Shown: positions 44,626-55,152, counted from the stretch's first letter. The stretch is DNA of 59,808 bases from an uncultured Candidatus Saccharibacteria bacterium (GCA_964577365.1 CAZNYP010000001.1:50025-109832), one strand, 5' to 3'. The notes: generated by a model from the letters alone, not told the origin. Numbers and translations: made by a program.

Positions 44626-46467
44626 TTACTTCCACACACAACTCCCTGTATCTGCACTCACTTTTTCCACAAGATCAAACACCGTACGACAAATAGTCTC
44701 CATTGATGATCGCTTTGCAAAACTGTGGTCTTCGTCTGGAATGGTGATGAGTCGAGAATTTTTATTGGTGAGCTGGAGCACATCCTGCAGTGTATATGCC
44801 TGATCGGGATTTATCGTGCTGTCTTTTTCACCCTGGATGATGATTATTTTATCCGCTCTTGAAAGATTGTTGATATTTTGAATGATCGATGACTGATCAA
44901 AAATATGTGTATTGATCCGTGGCATGTATATCCCACCAAAATGCACATTGAAAATAGAGGTGCGCATGTAGTGGAGGAGTGATTTCCAATCAGTCACTCC
45001 GTTTATCGAAATGACTCCATCGATGAGCTGTGGTTTTTCGACGATAGATTTGAGTGAGAGATATCCCCCATAACTATTCCCCACGAGATATACATTGTCC
45101 GTCGCATCGAGCTTTTTCACTACGTCGATCGCTCGAGCTACATCGTCGACATCGACAGCACCCATATTTTTGGTGATTTTTTCAGCGTAGGTACGTCCAT
45201 ATCCGTAGCTACCCGAATAGTCGAGCTTTAGCACGCGTGTACCAGTCTTTGCAACCTGCTCGAGCACCCAGTCGTAGGTACCATAGCCTCCGTATGAGTG
45301 ATAGCGCATCGCCACTTGTCGATATGGTCCACCGTGGAGCCAGACGATGAGATCTTTTGACGGGATTGCGGGATTTTTTATATACACCCCTACATCAGAT
45401 ATATATGTTCTTTGTAATGTGTCTGGAGAGGCAATTGGTTTTATCGCCTCAAAATACGAATATGTTTTTGTAATCGGATTTATGAGAACGGGCACCGTGA
45501 TATTGTCACGAATTGCGAGTGCAAATATCTTTCCATTGATGAGTCGTGCGCCATACGCATACGATGCATTGTCGACTACTTTTTCTCCGTTAATATAAAA
45601 ATTCCAGATAGTAGGATTTTCTTTTGTGTTTGCAGTATAGGCGACCGTCTGTGCATCTACATAGATAAAATCAGAGATTTGAAAAAGGGTGGCTGGCACG
45701 ATCCTTTTTCCATTTATATCGATAGCAGATAGATCTACCTCGTACACGGTCGCCACCCCATCACGATCATCGAGATATGCGAGTTTTTTGCTATCTGGAG
45801 AAAACCGAGTGAGTGCATTTTCCTCGACCATGAGATCCCAGGTCATTTCTTTTGTAAACACAGAATGCTCGAGACCCGTTTTCATATCGATGAGGACGAT
45901 TCCCTTTTTCTCTTGGCGGAGTGGACTATAGAATGCAAAGAATCGGCCGTTTGGCGAGAGACTGCCACCCGAAAACGCCTTTTCACTCATATCCGCCTTG
46001 TAGAGTTCGGTACCGTATATATCGTAGACCGAGAGCTTTGTCCTCCCTGCTACGGGCTCACTCACGATCAAAAACTTTGTCGAGTCAGGAGTCCAGTAGA
46101 CAAAAGCTGCACGGTTCGGATCGCGTAGTTTTGTTTTCACGGTCCATGCCCCATTTTTCAATACTGACAGCGCATTGTACGTCACTATTTGATTGTCGAC
46201 TGTTTCAGTGTAGCGAACAAATGCTTTTTGTTTATCAGGACTCGCATATCCTGCACCAGGAAGCGCTGGAAAATCGGTGACGGTTTTCTTTTCATTTGAG
46301 ACAGGTGTACAGATCTCGTTGCAGAGAAACTGTGACTGCACCTCGAGATCACCGTAGCGCACGAGTACACCACTCTGATTTGCATCAATTATTTTTGTAT
46401 ACAAAGGAACTTCTGCTGATGCAAAAAATGGGAAAAATATCAGGGCGAGCAATATGTATCGTCTCAT
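44626..46467 (-). CDS. S9-family (prolyl oligopeptidase-like) serine peptidase with an N-terminal beta-propeller-like domain
   Basis: Signal peptide MRRYILLALIFFPFFASA. The C-terminus has WLHGGP...GNSYGGY (GxSxGG nucleophile elbow)...D...H. The start at ATG 46467 has TATAAT 6 nt upstream, whereas the track start overlaps the tRNA. Confidence 0.85.
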   Translation of the reverse strand: MRRYILLALIFFPFFASAEVPLYTKIIDANQSGVLVRYGDLEVQSQFLCNEICTPVSNEKKTVTDFPALPGAGYASPDKQKAFVRYTETVDNQIVTYNALSVLKNGAWTVKTKLRDPNRAAFVYWTPDSTKFLIVSEPVAGRTKLSVYDIYGTELYKADMSEKAFSGGSLSPNGRFFAFYSPLRQEKKGIVLIDMKTGLEHSVFTKEMTWDLMVEENALTRFSPDSKKLAYLDDRDGVATVYEVDLSAIDINGKRIVPATLFQISDFIYVDAQTVAYTANTKENPTIWNFYINGEKVVDNASYAYGARLINGKIFALAIRDNITVPVLINPITKTYSYFEAIKPIASPDTLQRTYISDVGVYIKNPAIPSKDLIVWLHGGPYRQVAMRYHSYGGYGTYDWVLEQVAKTGTRVLKLDYSGSYGYGRTYAEKITKNMGAVDVDDVARAIDVVKKLDATDNVYLVGNSYGGYLSLKSIVEKPQLIDGVISINGVTDWKSLLHYMRTSIFNVHFGGIYMPRINTHIFDQSSIIQNINNLSRADKIIIIQGEKDSTINPDQAYTLQDVLQLTNKNSRLITIPDEDHSFAKRSSMETICRTVFDLVEKVSADTGSCVWK

Positions 46468-46499
46468 GTAGGTATTATACCCTACGATTTGTGATTTTG

Positions 46500-46572
46500 T
46501 GGACCTGAGGAGAGTCGAACTCCTGACCTTCCGCTTGCAAAGCGGCTGCTCTACCAACTGAGCTACAGGCCC
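46500..46572 (-). tRNA. tRNA-Ala (anticodon UGC), no encoded CCA
   Basis: Hand-folded cloverleaf: GGGCCTG acceptor stem with a G3:U70 pair, GCTC/GAGC D-stem, TTTGCAA anticodon loop, AGGAG-TTCGACT-CTCCT T-arm, and discriminator A. Confidence 0.93.
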
Positions 46573-46591
46573 ATGCTTTTGAATGAAAAAC

Positions 46592-46619
46592 AGTATACCT
46601 TATTAATCCCCTTTTGCAA
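46592..46619 (-). promoter_or_regulatory. candidate tRNA-Ala promoter TTGCAA-N16-TATACT
   Basis: -35 at 46614-46619 and -10 at 46592-46597 on the minus strand, 19 nt upstream of the mature 5' end. Confidence 0.5.
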
Positions 46620-46629
46620 AGTTATGCAC

Positions 46630-46657
46630 TTGACGCAATTTTTAACAGGAGTAGGAT
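46630..46657 (+). promoter_or_regulatory. promoter TTGACG-N16-TAGGAT, 7 nt upstream of ATG 46665
   Basis: Divergent from the tRNA promoter. Confidence 0.6.
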
Positions 46658-46664
46658 TTCAACT

Positions 46665-46763
46665 ATGTCAGTAGTAATGTATCTGTTGACGCTCACCGCC
46701 CTCATGGTGGTGCTGGCGCTCGGGACATGGTGGACTGGCAAGAAGGTCAGTCTTCGCCAATAG
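46665..46763 (+). CDS. 32-aa hydrophobic peptide (1 TM, basic C-terminus)
   Basis: Hand translation gives MSVVMYLLTLTALMVVLALGTWWTGKKVSLRQ. It has a leaderless layout and a strong terminator 20 nt downstream. Confidence 0.45.
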   Translation: MSVVMYLLTLTALMVVLALGTWWTGKKVSLRQ

Positions 46764-46783
46764 CGCGCATGTCGCGTTTGCAG

Positions 46784-46814
46784 GCGGACCCCAGTGGGAA
46801 GGGGTCCGCTTTTT
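46784..46814 (+). terminator. rho-independent terminator (gcggacccc-agtgggaa-ggggtccgc + TTTTT)
   Basis: Perfect 9-bp GC stem plus a T-run. It abuts the convergent ddl stop. Confidence 0.8.
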
Positions 46815-47670
46815 ATTTTATACTGACCCCCACAATATGCTCGACAAACTGCGGAATACTACTCCCGACAGAGTGCAGTGCGGACTCGAGTGGTGAACCT
46901 ACAGAAATATCTGGGGTGGTGTGTACACGGATCAAATATATCCCCCGCTTTGGATGCACTACAAAATCTACACCAGAGTAGTGTTTCAATGAAAAAACAT
47001 CGTGAATCTTGCGCGCCATCGCCACCAACTTTTCTTTTATACTGTGTGCAAACGCACTCGGTGCGACATGCCGATCAGGATGTATCTCGACTGGTGGCAG
47101 TACATAGAGAGTCTCATCTCGAAACCCTGGTATCGTCGCTACATGCACCTTTATCCCGGGGATATACTCCTCGAGTAGGACGGTTTCTTTGTTCAAAACT
47201 TTTTCTAGATCGTCGATCGTCTGTACCATGCGTACCTCTGGTCGATCAAAGTACTTCACCATTGCCGGCATCGGGAAAGAGCGAAACAGTGTATATACAT
47301 CGGTGCCGACAGGTACTTCTTTGTATACTGGTGTCTTTATTTCATTTACTGCAAACGCTTTTTTTGCGAGGAGCCGATGATGCAGTGTCGCCATACTCAT
47401 GCCTGATGAGCTCGTATGTGGCACATCGTGCATTTCGAGGATACTGTGTATCTCTGGATGAAAAGCATAGAGTGAGTTGTAGACGAGGTCGAAACCACGA
47501 ACCGCATCCTGTGGCACTACGGGGAGACCCTGGATATGCCATACCCCTTGTTTATCTACATATATATCACTCACCTGATGATGCGAAAGATGGCGCAGGA
47601 GATCTGCTCCATTTTTCAGAGATTTTTCATGATCGCTTTTTCCTCCACGGAGAATACCGATACGTAGCAT
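46813..47670 (-). CDS. ddl: D-alanine--D-alanine ligase-like ATP-grasp enzyme
   Basis: MLRIGILRGGKSDHEKSLKNG... is a Ddl-type N-terminus, followed by an ATP-grasp body. TGgTATAAT lies 6 nt upstream of ATG 47670. Confidence 0.8.
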   Translation of the reverse strand: MLRIGILRGGKSDHEKSLKNGADLLRHLSHHQVSDIYVDKQGVWHIQGLPVVPQDAVRGFDLVYNSLYAFHPEIHSILEMHDVPHTSSSGMSMATLHHRLLAKKAFAVNEIKTPVYKEVPVGTDVYTLFRSFPMPAMVKYFDRPEVRMVQTIDDLEKVLNKETVLLEEYIPGIKVHVATIPGFRDETLYVLPPVEIHPDRHVAPSAFAHSIKEKLVAMARKIHDVFSLKHYSGVDFVVHPKRGIYLIRVHTTPDISVGSPLESALHSVGSSIPQFVEHIVGVSIK

Positions 47671-47677
47671 GCAGAAA

Positions 47678-48850
47678 TTATACCATGCGACTGCGGAGAA
47701 GTCGGTGATACGCGATGGAGAAACGGTGAGCCTCACTATTTGCCAATAGGATTGACTTTTGAAACTCTGCGATCAGTTTTGCATCACCGAGTAGTGCCAT
47801 CGGTTTGTGCTTTTCATTTTTTACGACTGACACGACGGGTATATCTCCTACAACAGCCATGGCTGCCTTTCTTTGTACTTCATTGCCATCAACTACGATG
47901 AGGTCGGGCATGCGCCACTCGGGATGATTCATTCTTCGCTTTAGGATCTCGGTGAGCGATGCTACTTCGTGAGCACCTTTTTCGTGTTGTATTTTAAATT
48001 TTCGATATGAGCTGCGCTCCATATATCCGTCGTATGAGACCACCATCACTCCGGCTGTATTTTTGCCACTCAAATGTGCGACATCGTATGCTTCTATTCG
48101 GAACCCGGTCCTCTGTGTCTCCTCTTCGTCGCGAATGAGCGAGATGTCCTGAACATGGTTCAGTGCATACAGCGTTTTTTTGATTTCGTCTGCTTTTTCA
48201 AATGCCATCTCTTTTGCATGTACCGCCATTTCCTTTTCGAGCTGCTTGACGAGCGTACTCTTTTTACCTTCGAGAAACAGTACTATTTTCTTGATTGTTT
48301 TTGCATACTCTTGTTTTGTCATCCTTCCACCGCAGACTCCTGGGCATAGTCCTATCTGCGCATTGAAACAGAGTTTTCCGATTTTGCAGGTGTCTCTAAA
48401 CGGAAATATTTTTCGTATGATTTTCAATGCGTTTTTTACTATACCCCCGCTCGGGTATGGACCAAATACGTATTTGTATGTTTCCAAATTCCTCTCTCGA
48501 ACGAGAAGTATTCGAGGAAACTCTTCGTCAGTGATTACAATGCAATAAAAACTTTTATTATCTTTTTCTTTTGTATTAAAATACGGCAAATGTTTTTTTA
48601 TTTCATTTGCTTCGAGGATGACGGCTTCGAGTACCGAATCGGTTTCTATCCATTCGACCCTGTCTGCCTTTGTGACCATATCGACGAGGAGTGGGCCGCG
48701 GGTCGAGATGAGGTCGTCCTTGAAATAGCTCTTTACACGATCACGCAGAGAGGTGGCACGACCAATATACAGGATATCGGTTCCCTTTTTGAAAAAATAG
48801 ACGCCTGGATTGTCTGGCAGCCCTATATTTGTGTAGTCTTGACCTGTCAT
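47678..48850 (-). CDS. uvrC: excinuclease ABC subunit C, short form (390 aa, no C-terminal (HhH)2)
   Basis: GIY-YIG (PGVYFFKK...ILYIGRATSLRDRVKSYF), a UVR motif region, and RIEAYDVAHLSG...PDLIVVDG endonuclease-domain motifs. The frame then ends. Confidence 0.87.
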   Translation of the reverse strand: MTGQDYTNIGLPDNPGVYFFKKGTDILYIGRATSLRDRVKSYFKDDLISTRGPLLVDMVTKADRVEWIETDSVLEAVILEANEIKKHLPYFNTKEKDNKSFYCIVITDEEFPRILLVRERNLETYKYVFGPYPSGGIVKNALKIIRKIFPFRDTCKIGKLCFNAQIGLCPGVCGGRMTKQEYAKTIKKIVLFLEGKKSTLVKQLEKEMAVHAKEMAFEKADEIKKTLYALNHVQDISLIRDEEETQRTGFRIEAYDVAHLSGKNTAGVMVVSYDGYMERSSYRKFKIQHEKGAHEVASLTEILKRRMNHPEWRMPDLIVVDGNEVQRKAAMAVVGDIPVVSVVKNEKHKPMALLGDAKLIAEFQKSILLANSEAHRFSIAYHRLLRSRMV

Positions 48851-48880
48851 AGTACATAATGTAGCATAACTGCCGAACCC

Positions 48881-49087
48881 ATGAAAACCTTGATCCTCGC
48901 CCTAACGTTGCTGTTTGCTGGATTCATTTCCGGCGCAGCCTTCCAGTACACCCAGCAGTGGACCAGAATCCTTAACCTGGGAAACACCGTCATGGTCTTT
49001 CAAGACGGTGAGCCCACCATCCTTGAGTTCAATGACGAGCTCTTGTTGAGACCAGGTGCCGAGCTAGAAGTCATCGGGGGACTATAA
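48881..49087 (+). CDS. small secreted or membrane-anchored protein (68 aa)
   Basis: Signal-like N-terminus MKTLILALTLLFAGFISGAA. A promoter-like TTGACC-N17-TAGCAT lies upstream and a hairpin with T-run lies downstream. Confidence 0.5.
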   Translation: MKTLILALTLLFAGFISGAAFQYTQQWTRILNLGNTVMVFQDGEPTILEFNDELLLRPGAELEVIGGL

Positions 49088-49106
49088 TAATGTACGCCCC
49101 GACTCA

Positions 49107-49139
49107 CAACACCCGCCACCCCACCGGCGGTTGTTTTTT
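49107..49139. terminator. hairpin plus T-run between the 68-aa ORF and the convergent uvrA
   Basis: caac(acc)cgcc / ggcggttg stem followed by tttttt. Confidence 0.5.
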
Positions 49140-51738
49140 ATTTTTTCAAGTGCTTTTTGAGATAGAGACCAGTGTATGACTTTTCATTTCGCGCGACATC
49201 CTCTGGAGTTCCTTTTGCGACGATCATCCCTCCTTTTACTCCACCCTCTGGTCCGATATCGATGATATAGTCTGCACATTTGATGAGGTCGAGGTTGTGC
49301 TCGATCACAACTACGGTGTTTCCTTTGTTCACGAGTTGCTGGAGGATTTCAATGAGTTTTTTCACGTCCTCATAGTGGAGTCCCACGGTCGGTTCGTCGA
49401 GAAGATATATAGTCTTTTGCGTATGCGAACGGTAGAGCTCTGCAGAGATTTTGACACGCTGTGCTTCTCCGCCTGAGAGAGTCGTGGCTGATTGTCCGAG
49501 TTCGAGATATCCAAGACCTACTTCTTGTAATGTGTGGAGGCGTTCTTCGACAGCAGGAATATCTTGGAAAAATTCCAACGACTCATCGATGGTCATTTTG
49601 AGTACATCGTGAATACTCTTTTTCTTGTATTTTATTTCTAGAGTCTCTTTTGTAAATCGTTTTCCATTACATACATCACATGGTACGTATACGGTCGGCA
49701 AGAAATGCATCTCGACCGCGATCTCTCCATTTCCCTGACACGCTTCACATCGTCCTCCTTTTACGTTAAACGAGAACCGTCCAGGACCCCAGCCTTTTGC
49801 CCGTGCCTCAGCCGATGCAGCAAAGAGGTCACGGATATGGCCCCATGCACCCGTATATGTAGCAGGGTTTGAACGAGGCGTACGTCCAATCGGTGACTGG
49901 TCGATGAGGATGGTGCGACTGAGGTATTCGGTACCGGTAAAGCTCGATACATTGTATACATTTGCAGTGCGATGACGGAACTCGAGCTTTGCCTGGAGAT
50001 TTTTGTGGAGGATCTCATACATAAAAGAAGACTTTCCAGAACCAGATACTCCAGTGATGACGGTGAGCACTCCGAGCGGAACTTCGGCATTTAGATTTTT
50101 TATATTGAAAATATTTCCGCCTTTTATGAGGATTTTTCCTTTTGGTTCACGACGTCGTTCTGGCACCTCTATTTTCTCCTCTCCGCGGAGATATGCGAGG
50201 GTGAGTGATCCTGAAGTATTTTTCTTTGCAGTGAGGAGCTCGTCCATATAGCCAGAGACGATCACCTCTCCACCGTGGACGCCGGCCTTTGGTCCGATAT
50301 CGATGATGTAGTCAGAGGCATACATAGTATCTTCGTCGTGCTCGACCACGATGATGGTATTCCCCAGATCGCGAAGTGTAAGTAGGGTTTTGATGAGGCG
50401 GTCATTGTCGCGCTGATGAAGTCCGATGGTCGGTTCGTCGAGTACATACAGTGCACCCACAAGTCCTGAACCGAGCTGTGAAGCGAGTCTAATGCGCTGT
50501 GCTTCTCCTCCAGAGAGCGTGTGTGCACGTCGATCGAGTGACAGATACTCGATACCGACATTTAACATGAACTGCAACCGTGCCTCGATTTCCTTTAGCA
50601 CTACCTTTGCGATCTCACGCTCGGACGAAGTGAGCCCGATATCCTCAAAATATTTCTTTGCATCTTCGATAGACAGAGAGACCGTGTCGACGATATTTTT
50701 TCCAGCTATTTTTACGTTGAGGGCTTCCTCGCGGAGTCGCGCGCCTTTACAGACCTTGCACGGATCATCAGAAAAGAGAAATTCGGTACCGAGTCCATTA
50801 CAGGTCGGACATGCACCGTACGGAGAGTTGAACGAAAACAGGCGTGGCTCGATCTCAGGATATGAAAAGCCGTCATATGGGCACATGAACTTTGTCGACA
50901 TCAGTTTTTCCTCATCTGGAAATGCGATCTTGATGAGACCATTTGCCTCCTCGACGCATTTTTCGAGTGACTCAGACAGGCGCTCCTTTGCATTGGCTAC
51001 CTGATTTTTATTTATGAATTCTGAAAGGAAAATCTCGTCGACGAGAACATCGATATCATGCTTTTTATTTTTATCGAGGATGATCTGATCGCGTAGATTT
51101 TTCTCTTCCCCATCTACTTTTACCTTTGTATACCCTTTGCCGAGGAGATCGTAGAGGAGCTGATAGTACTCACCTTTTCGTCCAACGATGACGGGAGCAA
51201 AGATCCGCACCTTTGCATCAGAGAGCTCGACGCCCATCACTTTTTTTGTACTTTTTGTGTGGGTGGTGATCTGCTTCAAAACACCTTCGAGGATTTCTTC
51301 TTTTGAAATACGGTGGATCTCTCGACCACAGACGAGACAATGTGGCTTTCCTACACGTGCAAAAAGAATACGGAGATAGTCATAGATCTCAGTAATGGTC
51401 GCTACGGTTGAACGAGGGTTGTTCGAACGTGACTTTTGATCGATGGAAATTGCTGGAGAAAGTCCCGTGATCTCGTCGACATCTGGCTTTTGAAACTGTC
51501 GCAAAAATTGTCGCGCATATGATGAGAGTGACTCGATATAACGGCGTTGTCCCTCTGCAAAAATAGTATCGAATGCGAGAGATGACTTTCCAGACCCAGA
51601 GAGTCCGGTGATCGCAATCATTTTGTTGCGAGGCATTTCGACGGTGATGTTTTTGAGATTGTGGGTACGTGCACCTTTTACCACGATCTTGTCATCGCTA
51701 TCGGGGGTCAAAGATTGTTTTTTCTGTTTCTTGTCCAT
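49138..51738 (-). CDS. uvrA: excinuclease ABC subunit A
   Basis: Two ABC modules ([12 protein letters not shown] and [10 protein letters not shown]), zinc-finger Cys clusters, and two LSGGEAQR signatures. Confidence 0.97.
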   Translation of the reverse strand: MDKKQKKQSLTPDSDDKIVVKGARTHNLKNITVEMPRNKMIAITGLSGSGKSSLAFDTIFAEGQRRYIESLSSYARQFLRQFQKPDVDEITGLSPAISIDQKSRSNNPRSTVATITEIYDYLRILFARVGKPHCLVCGREIHRISKEEILEGVLKQITTHTKSTKKVMGVELSDAKVRIFAPVIVGRKGEYYQLLYDLLGKGYTKVKVDGEEKNLRDQIILDKNKKHDIDVLVDEIFLSEFINKNQVANAKERLSESLEKCVEEANGLIKIAFPDEEKLMSTKFMCPYDGFSYPEIEPRLFSFNSPYGACPTCNGLGTEFLFSDDPCKVCKGARLREEALNVKIAGKNIVDTVSLSIEDAKKYFEDIGLTSSEREIAKVVLKEIEARLQFMLNVGIEYLSLDRRAHTLSGGEAQRIRLASQLGSGLVGALYVLDEPTIGLHQRDNDRLIKTLLTLRDLGNTIIVVEHDEDTMYASDYIIDIGPKAGVHGGEVIVSGYMDELLTAKKNTSGSLTLAYLRGEEKIEVPERRREPKGKILIKGGNIFNIKNLNAEVPLGVLTVITGVSGSGKSSFMYEILHKNLQAKLEFRHRTANVYNVSSFTGTEYLSRTILIDQSPIGRTPRSNPATYTGAWGHIRDLFAASAEARAKGWGPGRFSFNVKGGRCEACQGNGEIAVEMHFLPTVYVPCDVCNGKRFTKETLEIKYKKKSIHDVLKMTIDESLEFFQDIPAVEERLHTLQEVGLGYLELGQSATTLSGGEAQRVKISAELYRSHTQKTIYLLDEPTVGLHYEDVKKLIEILQQLVNKGNTVVVIEHNLDLIKCADYIIDIGPEGGVKGGMIVAKGTPEDVARNEKSYTGLYLKKHLKK

Positions 51739-53026
51739 TTAAAAGTTTACTTATGCGCTCTCCGCCGTATACTGATGGCAATATCCCCACTCCGTTGCAC
51801 CCTAGGTTATACATCAAAACGGGGTTTTTTGGCTCAAATCCAATACGTCGGACTTTGTCAGGAGTGTACCCCATGAGACCGTGCCATGTAAAGCTGTACT
51901 CGATCTTTTTGTTTGGATCGGGATCATAGGTCGACCGCACAAATGCATCGAACTTTTCCTGCTCTTCATCGGGGAATTCGTACTCGCGCATGTAGTGTTT
52001 TCGATCCGCAAGAGGAAAAACCGGGCCGCCGATCGAGATGAGATTTTTGCTTTTATCAAAATGTCGACGAGTGAGATAGAAATAGTCATCATCTTGGCCT
52101 GGGAAATAGCTGAGTGCTATCGGTTCTTTGTTCAATTTCTCCAGGTATCCCGACATATATCCGATCACTCCATTTACTGAATGATGAAATTTCGTATCGA
52201 TATCGAGCCCTCCTTCATTGATGATCGTCACATTTTCAAAGCCATTTGTGCACAAGATCACCCGCTGCGTATCGATCGTGTGCTCGACTGCATCGAGGAG
52301 CGCATGATCTTCCCTGAGCACAACCTTTTGTATGAGCGTATGTTCGTAGAGGACAAACCTGCCTGCATAGTGTTGGAGCAAATACTCTATCACTTCCTGA
52401 CAAAATAGTGCAGAATTCACCACTCCTTTTTGAGCTGAGGTAGATGCAATATATATGTCATTTTCAGTCTCGAGCTCGAGGAGGATCTCTTTTTTATCTA
52501 CTTTTGTATATAGATTATTGTATTTTTCTGGTATCTCAAAGTCGATCGTATCTGCGACCTTGAGTGGCTCTATATTCATACCTCCTTTCTGTTTGAAAAA
52601 ACTATCTTCGAGATGCTGTAGCACTCGTTCTTTTGTAGAGAATCCTGCATGGCCGATGAAACGAGAAAAAGGGATATCGAGCTGTGCGGTCGTATATATC
52701 TCGTCCAGTTGCGTCCACGCATTTTCTATCGCCTTCCATGCATGTGTAGTTTTTTCTAGTCCAAACTCCTGTACCATATCTGCAAATGGCCGTTCAAAAT
52801 ATGAGACAACCTGACCGGCATTGTGCCCCGTCGCACCACTCGCGAGCTTTTCTTTTTCGATGATGACCACACGTGCGTCAGTATTTTTGAGTATATAAAA
52901 CGCAGTCGAGACTCCGGCGATACCTGCGCCCACGATCGTCACATCGGTTTCGATGTCGTGCGTGAGCTTTACCGTTTTACGGTCTTCACGCAATTGATGG
53001 AGCCACGGCGACTTCGTCGTTTTCAT
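51698..53026 (-). CDS. FAD-dependent oxidoreductase (DAO-like)
   Basis: [15 protein letters not shown] Rossmann dinucleotide motif in a 442-aa frame. TGcTAAAAT lies 6 nt upstream. Confidence 0.82.
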   Translation of the reverse strand: MKTTKSPWLHQLREDRKTVKLTHDIETDVTIVGAGIAGVSTAFYILKNTDARVVIIEKEKLASGATGHNAGQVVSYFERPFADMVQEFGLEKTTHAWKAIENAWTQLDEIYTTAQLDIPFSRFIGHAGFSTKERVLQHLEDSFFKQKGGMNIEPLKVADTIDFEIPEKYNNLYTKVDKKEILLELETENDIYIASTSAQKGVVNSALFCQEVIEYLLQHYAGRFVLYEHTLIQKVVLREDHALLDAVEHTIDTQRVILCTNGFENVTIINEGGLDIDTKFHHSVNGVIGYMSGYLEKLNKEPIALSYFPGQDDDYFYLTRRHFDKSKNLISIGGPVFPLADRKHYMREYEFPDEEQEKFDAFVRSTYDPDPNKKIEYSFTWHGLMGYTPDKVRRIGFEPKNPVLMYNLGCNGVGILPSVYGGERISKLLNGQETEKTIFDPR

Positions 53027-53042
53027 GGTTATATTTTAGCAT

Positions 53043-55079
53043 TTATTTCCCTTGTTTTACAGCCTTTTTCACTCTCTTTTTCTCCTTCTCTACCTTCCCT
53101 TTTAGTTTCTCTATCTCATCTCGTATGATCGCAGCACTCTCAAAGTCGAGTATTTTTACTGCCTCTGACATTTGGGCTTCTTTTTCTTTTATAAATTTCT
53201 CCGGATCTTTCTCAAATAGCTCATTGTCAATCGCCATCATGCTATCGACTGCCTTTGCATGATCTGACTTTATCTGATCAGTGATATCATGAATCTTTTT
53301 GATGATGGTCTGTGGAGTGATGCCGTGTTTTGTATTGTACGCAACCTGGATAGCCCGACGTCGGTCGGTTTCCTGTATCGCACGCTGCATCGAGCCAGTG
53401 ACACTGTCGGCATAGAGGATCACACGACCATTTACGTTTCGTGCTGCACGACCGATGGTCTGGATGAGCGACGTCTCTGAACGCAAAAAGCCCTCTTTGT
53501 CCGCATCGAGAATACCGATGAGTGATACCTCGGGTAGGTCGAGTCCTTCTCGGAGGAGGTTTACTCCGACCACACAGTCGAACTTTCCTTTTCTAAATTC
53601 TGTGAGGAGTGTGATACGATCGATGGTTTTAATATCGCTGTGTAAGTACTCCGCCTTTACTCCTTTTTCTTTGAGATACTCAGAGAGGTCTTCGGCCATT
53701 TTCTTTGTGAGGGTGGTTGCGATGACGCGCTCTCCTTTTTTTATGACTGCCACAGCTTCTTCGATAAAATCAAAAATCTGACCTTTGTAGGAATCTTTTT
53801 CTACGATAGGCTTTACCACCACCACTGGGTCGATGAGGCCAGTTGGACGGATGACTTGTTCGGCAATCACCTGACTATGATCAGTCTCATATTTTCCTGG
53901 AGTGGCTGATACATACATGATCTGAGCGACTTTTTTCTCAAACTCTTCGAACTTGAGTGGTCGATTGTCTTTTGCAGACGGCAGTCGAAAGCCGAATTCG
54001 ATGAGGGTATTTTTTCGGCTCTGATCACCTGCAAACATACCGCCGATCTGAGGGATGGTAACATGAGACTCATCGACGATGGTCAAAAAGTCTTTTGGGA
54101 AATATGAAAGGAGTGTGTCCGGTGCTTCTCCAGGCATCTTTCCAGAAAAATGTCGTGAATAGTTTTCGATACCGTTGCAGTAGCCGATTTCTTTTATGAG
54201 CGCGAGGTCGTACTTTACCCGACGCTTGAGGCGCTCTACCTCGATCACTTTGCCTGCTTTTTCGAGCTCTTTGAGTCGTTCCTCGAGCTCTGCCTTGATC
54301 GTGCCAAATGCTTTTTCTGATTGTGCTTTGTCACTGATGAAATGCTTTGCTGGGAAAATAAAAATGGTGTCGAGATCTTTGCCGAGGCGACGAGTGATGG
54401 GATCGATCTCGGTTATATTGGCAATTCTATTTCCATCGTATTCGAAGCGATATATGATGCGCTCGTTTACCGGCATCACTTCGAGTGAGTTCCCTACTGC
54501 ACGGAACTTTCCCGTCTCTAGATCTGCTGTCGTACGCTCGAAATGAACATCGATGAGCTTGCGGATGAGCTCGGCACGAGAGAGTTCCATCCCTTTGGTG
54601 AGTTTGAGATTTACCTTTTCATACTCCTCTGGACTTCCCAAACCGTATATGCATGAGACAGAGGCAACGATGATGACATCCTTTCGGGTGAGGAGGGCCT
54701 GGGTACTCGCATGGCGAAGTCGCTCGATCTCTTCGTTGATCATGGCCTCCTTCTCTATATATGTATCGGTGACGGGCATGTACGCCTCTGGCTGGTAGTA
54801 GTCATAATATGAGACGAAATAGTGGACTGCATTTTCAGGGAAAAATTCACGGAACTCCTGAGCGAGCTGAGCAGCGAGGGTTTTGTTGTGCGCGATGACG
54901 AGAGTCGGCTTGCCGATATTTGCGATGACATGTGATGCGGTAAAAGTTTTTCCAGATCCGGTCACGCCCAAAAGGGTCTGGTGCTGATTTCCAGCCTCTA
55001 TGCTTTTGGTGAGCTCGGCTATGGCCTTTGGCTGATCGCCGGCTGGGGCAAAGTCGGATTTGAGTTTGAAGACTGACAT
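53043..55079 (-). CDS. uvrB: excinuclease ABC subunit B
   Basis: GVTGSGKTFT Walker A, DESH box, helicase motifs, and a C-terminal UVR domain (FESAAIIRDEI). Confidence 0.97.
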   Translation of the reverse strand: MSVFKLKSDFAPAGDQPKAIAELTKSIEAGNQHQTLLGVTGSGKTFTASHVIANIGKPTLVIAHNKTLAAQLAQEFREFFPENAVHYFVSYYDYYQPEAYMPVTDTYIEKEAMINEEIERLRHASTQALLTRKDVIIVASVSCIYGLGSPEEYEKVNLKLTKGMELSRAELIRKLIDVHFERTTADLETGKFRAVGNSLEVMPVNERIIYRFEYDGNRIANITEIDPITRRLGKDLDTIFIFPAKHFISDKAQSEKAFGTIKAELEERLKELEKAGKVIEVERLKRRVKYDLALIKEIGYCNGIENYSRHFSGKMPGEAPDTLLSYFPKDFLTIVDESHVTIPQIGGMFAGDQSRKNTLIEFGFRLPSAKDNRPLKFEEFEKKVAQIMYVSATPGKYETDHSQVIAEQVIRPTGLIDPVVVVKPIVEKDSYKGQIFDFIEEAVAVIKKGERVIATTLTKKMAEDLSEYLKEKGVKAEYLHSDIKTIDRITLLTEFRKGKFDCVVGVNLLREGLDLPEVSLIGILDADKEGFLRSETSLIQTIGRAARNVNGRVILYADSVTGSMQRAIQETDRRRAIQVAYNTKHGITPQTIIKKIHDITDQIKSDHAKAVDSMMAIDNELFEKDPEKFIKEKEAQMSEAVKILDFESAAIIRDEIEKLKGKVEKEKKRVKKAVKQGK

Positions 55080-55116
55080 GGGATAACAATAGCAGATTTA
55101 TTGGGTTTGAGGATGG

Positions 55117-55145
55117 TTGACATATACCAATATATAGTGTAGTAT
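55117..55145 (+). promoter_or_regulatory. promoter TTGACA-N17-TAGTAT, 7 nt upstream of ATG 55153
   Basis: -35 at 55117-55122 and -10 at 55140-55145. Confidence 0.6.
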
Positions 55146-55152
55146 ATTTTTA

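Noticed and set aside
46468-46557. N-terminal extension of the S9 peptidase ORF across the tRNA-Ala gene.
   Set aside because: The extension is the reverse reading of the tRNA. ATG 46467 gives a proper signal peptide and has TATAAT 6 nt upstream.
46878-47708. The 276-aa plus-strand ORF antisense to ddl.
   Set aside because: Its composition is Ser/Arg/His/Cys-rich with no motifs. It fully overlaps a recognisable ATP-grasp gene on the other strand.
51698-51738. The 41-nt overlap of the FAD oxidoreductase 3' end with the uvrA start as evidence of a frameshift or pseudogene.
   Set aside because: Both ORFs are full-length with intact motifs. Overlaps are common in this compact genome, and no alternative in-frame uvrA start exists before the first ABC motif.
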